From assembly GCA_965113315.1 (NCBI GenBank), contig OZ220364.1: a stretch of DNA of 64,000 bases, one strand, 5' to 3'. The stretch comes from Podarcis vaucheri. Lineage: Eukaryota. Below, piece after piece: positions 63,455 through 64,000 of this stretch. The notes beneath the pieces are model-generated. The model saw only the letters and a program-made list of their open reading frames with translations, was not told the origin of the DNA and made no database searches. The translations under genes were made by a program, and so were the position numbers. How positions within the stretch are numbered: the stretch's first letter is position 1; each line of letters opens with the position of its first letter.

Positions 63455-64000
63455 ATATAACATCAGAGGAGCCCTGCTGTATCAGGCCAATCTGGCCCAC
63501 CTTATCCATCATCCTGTTCTCACAATGACCAATCAGATGCCTGTGAGAAATCAGCAGACAGCATCTGAGCACAAAACACTCTCCCCTCCTGTGGTTTCCA
63601 GCAACTAGTATTCAGATGCATAATGCCTCTGACCGTCCTCTGTATCCATGGTACATGAAGGCAGAGCATATCCTCCATTGTGGCTAGTAGCCATTTATAG
63701 ACTTATCCCCCATTAAATAGTTTAATGCTCCAAGTTGGTGACCATCACTGCCTCCTGCAGGAATCAGCACTTTCTTTTACCTGTCCCGAATCTTCCAATG
63801 TTCAGCTTTATTGAATGTCCACGAGTTCTTCTGTTATGAGACAAGGATAAATTATGCATCCATGCCATGCATACTGTAATGTTATAAAATGTCTATCATG
63901 TCACCTCTTACTTGCTTTCCCCCTAAACTAAGAAATCCCAAATACCACCACCTTTCCTCATAGGGGAGTTTGATTACTCTGGTTGCCTTTCTGTGAACCT
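63455..64000 (-). mobile_element. CR1 LINE 3' fragment; similar pieces at about 2680-3020, 7430-7760 and 58313-58560
   Basis: Typical squamate CR1 3' UTR (..AGAGCCCTGCTG.ATCAGGCCAA..GGCCCA..T.TCCA.CATCCTGTTCTCACA) and antisense RT C-terminal remnants. Confidence 0.7.

Overview
Vertebrate genomic DNA, almost certainly from a squamate and probably a lacertid lizard (Sauria SINEs, BovB, CR1, L1-like and hAT-type MITEs are present). The + strand carries the complete coding sequence of GIPC1: six coding exons from 5784 to 25420, 999 nt, 332 aa, all junctions GT-AG and phase-compatible. A CpG-rich TATA/GC-box/CTCF promoter with a first exon lies at about 61.0-61.2 kb and is probably PTGER1 by synteny. 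The unexpected result is on the - strand. Most non-TE sequence in the GIPC1 introns and the downstream region translates, across stops and frameshifts, into collinear matches to vertnin (VRTN): an N-terminal OTU-like domain followed by repeated 'FPxISRSTYYxW'-type helical units. I count roughly 12-14 mutually diverged, decayed units, all in the same orientation, interleaved with GIPC1 exons and the downstream promoter. One unit seems to retain OTU catalytic Cys/His motifs that human VRTN lacks. The VRTN reference motifs were recalled from memory and aligned by eye, so they need tBLASTn/HMM confirmation. Unit boundaries are approximate.
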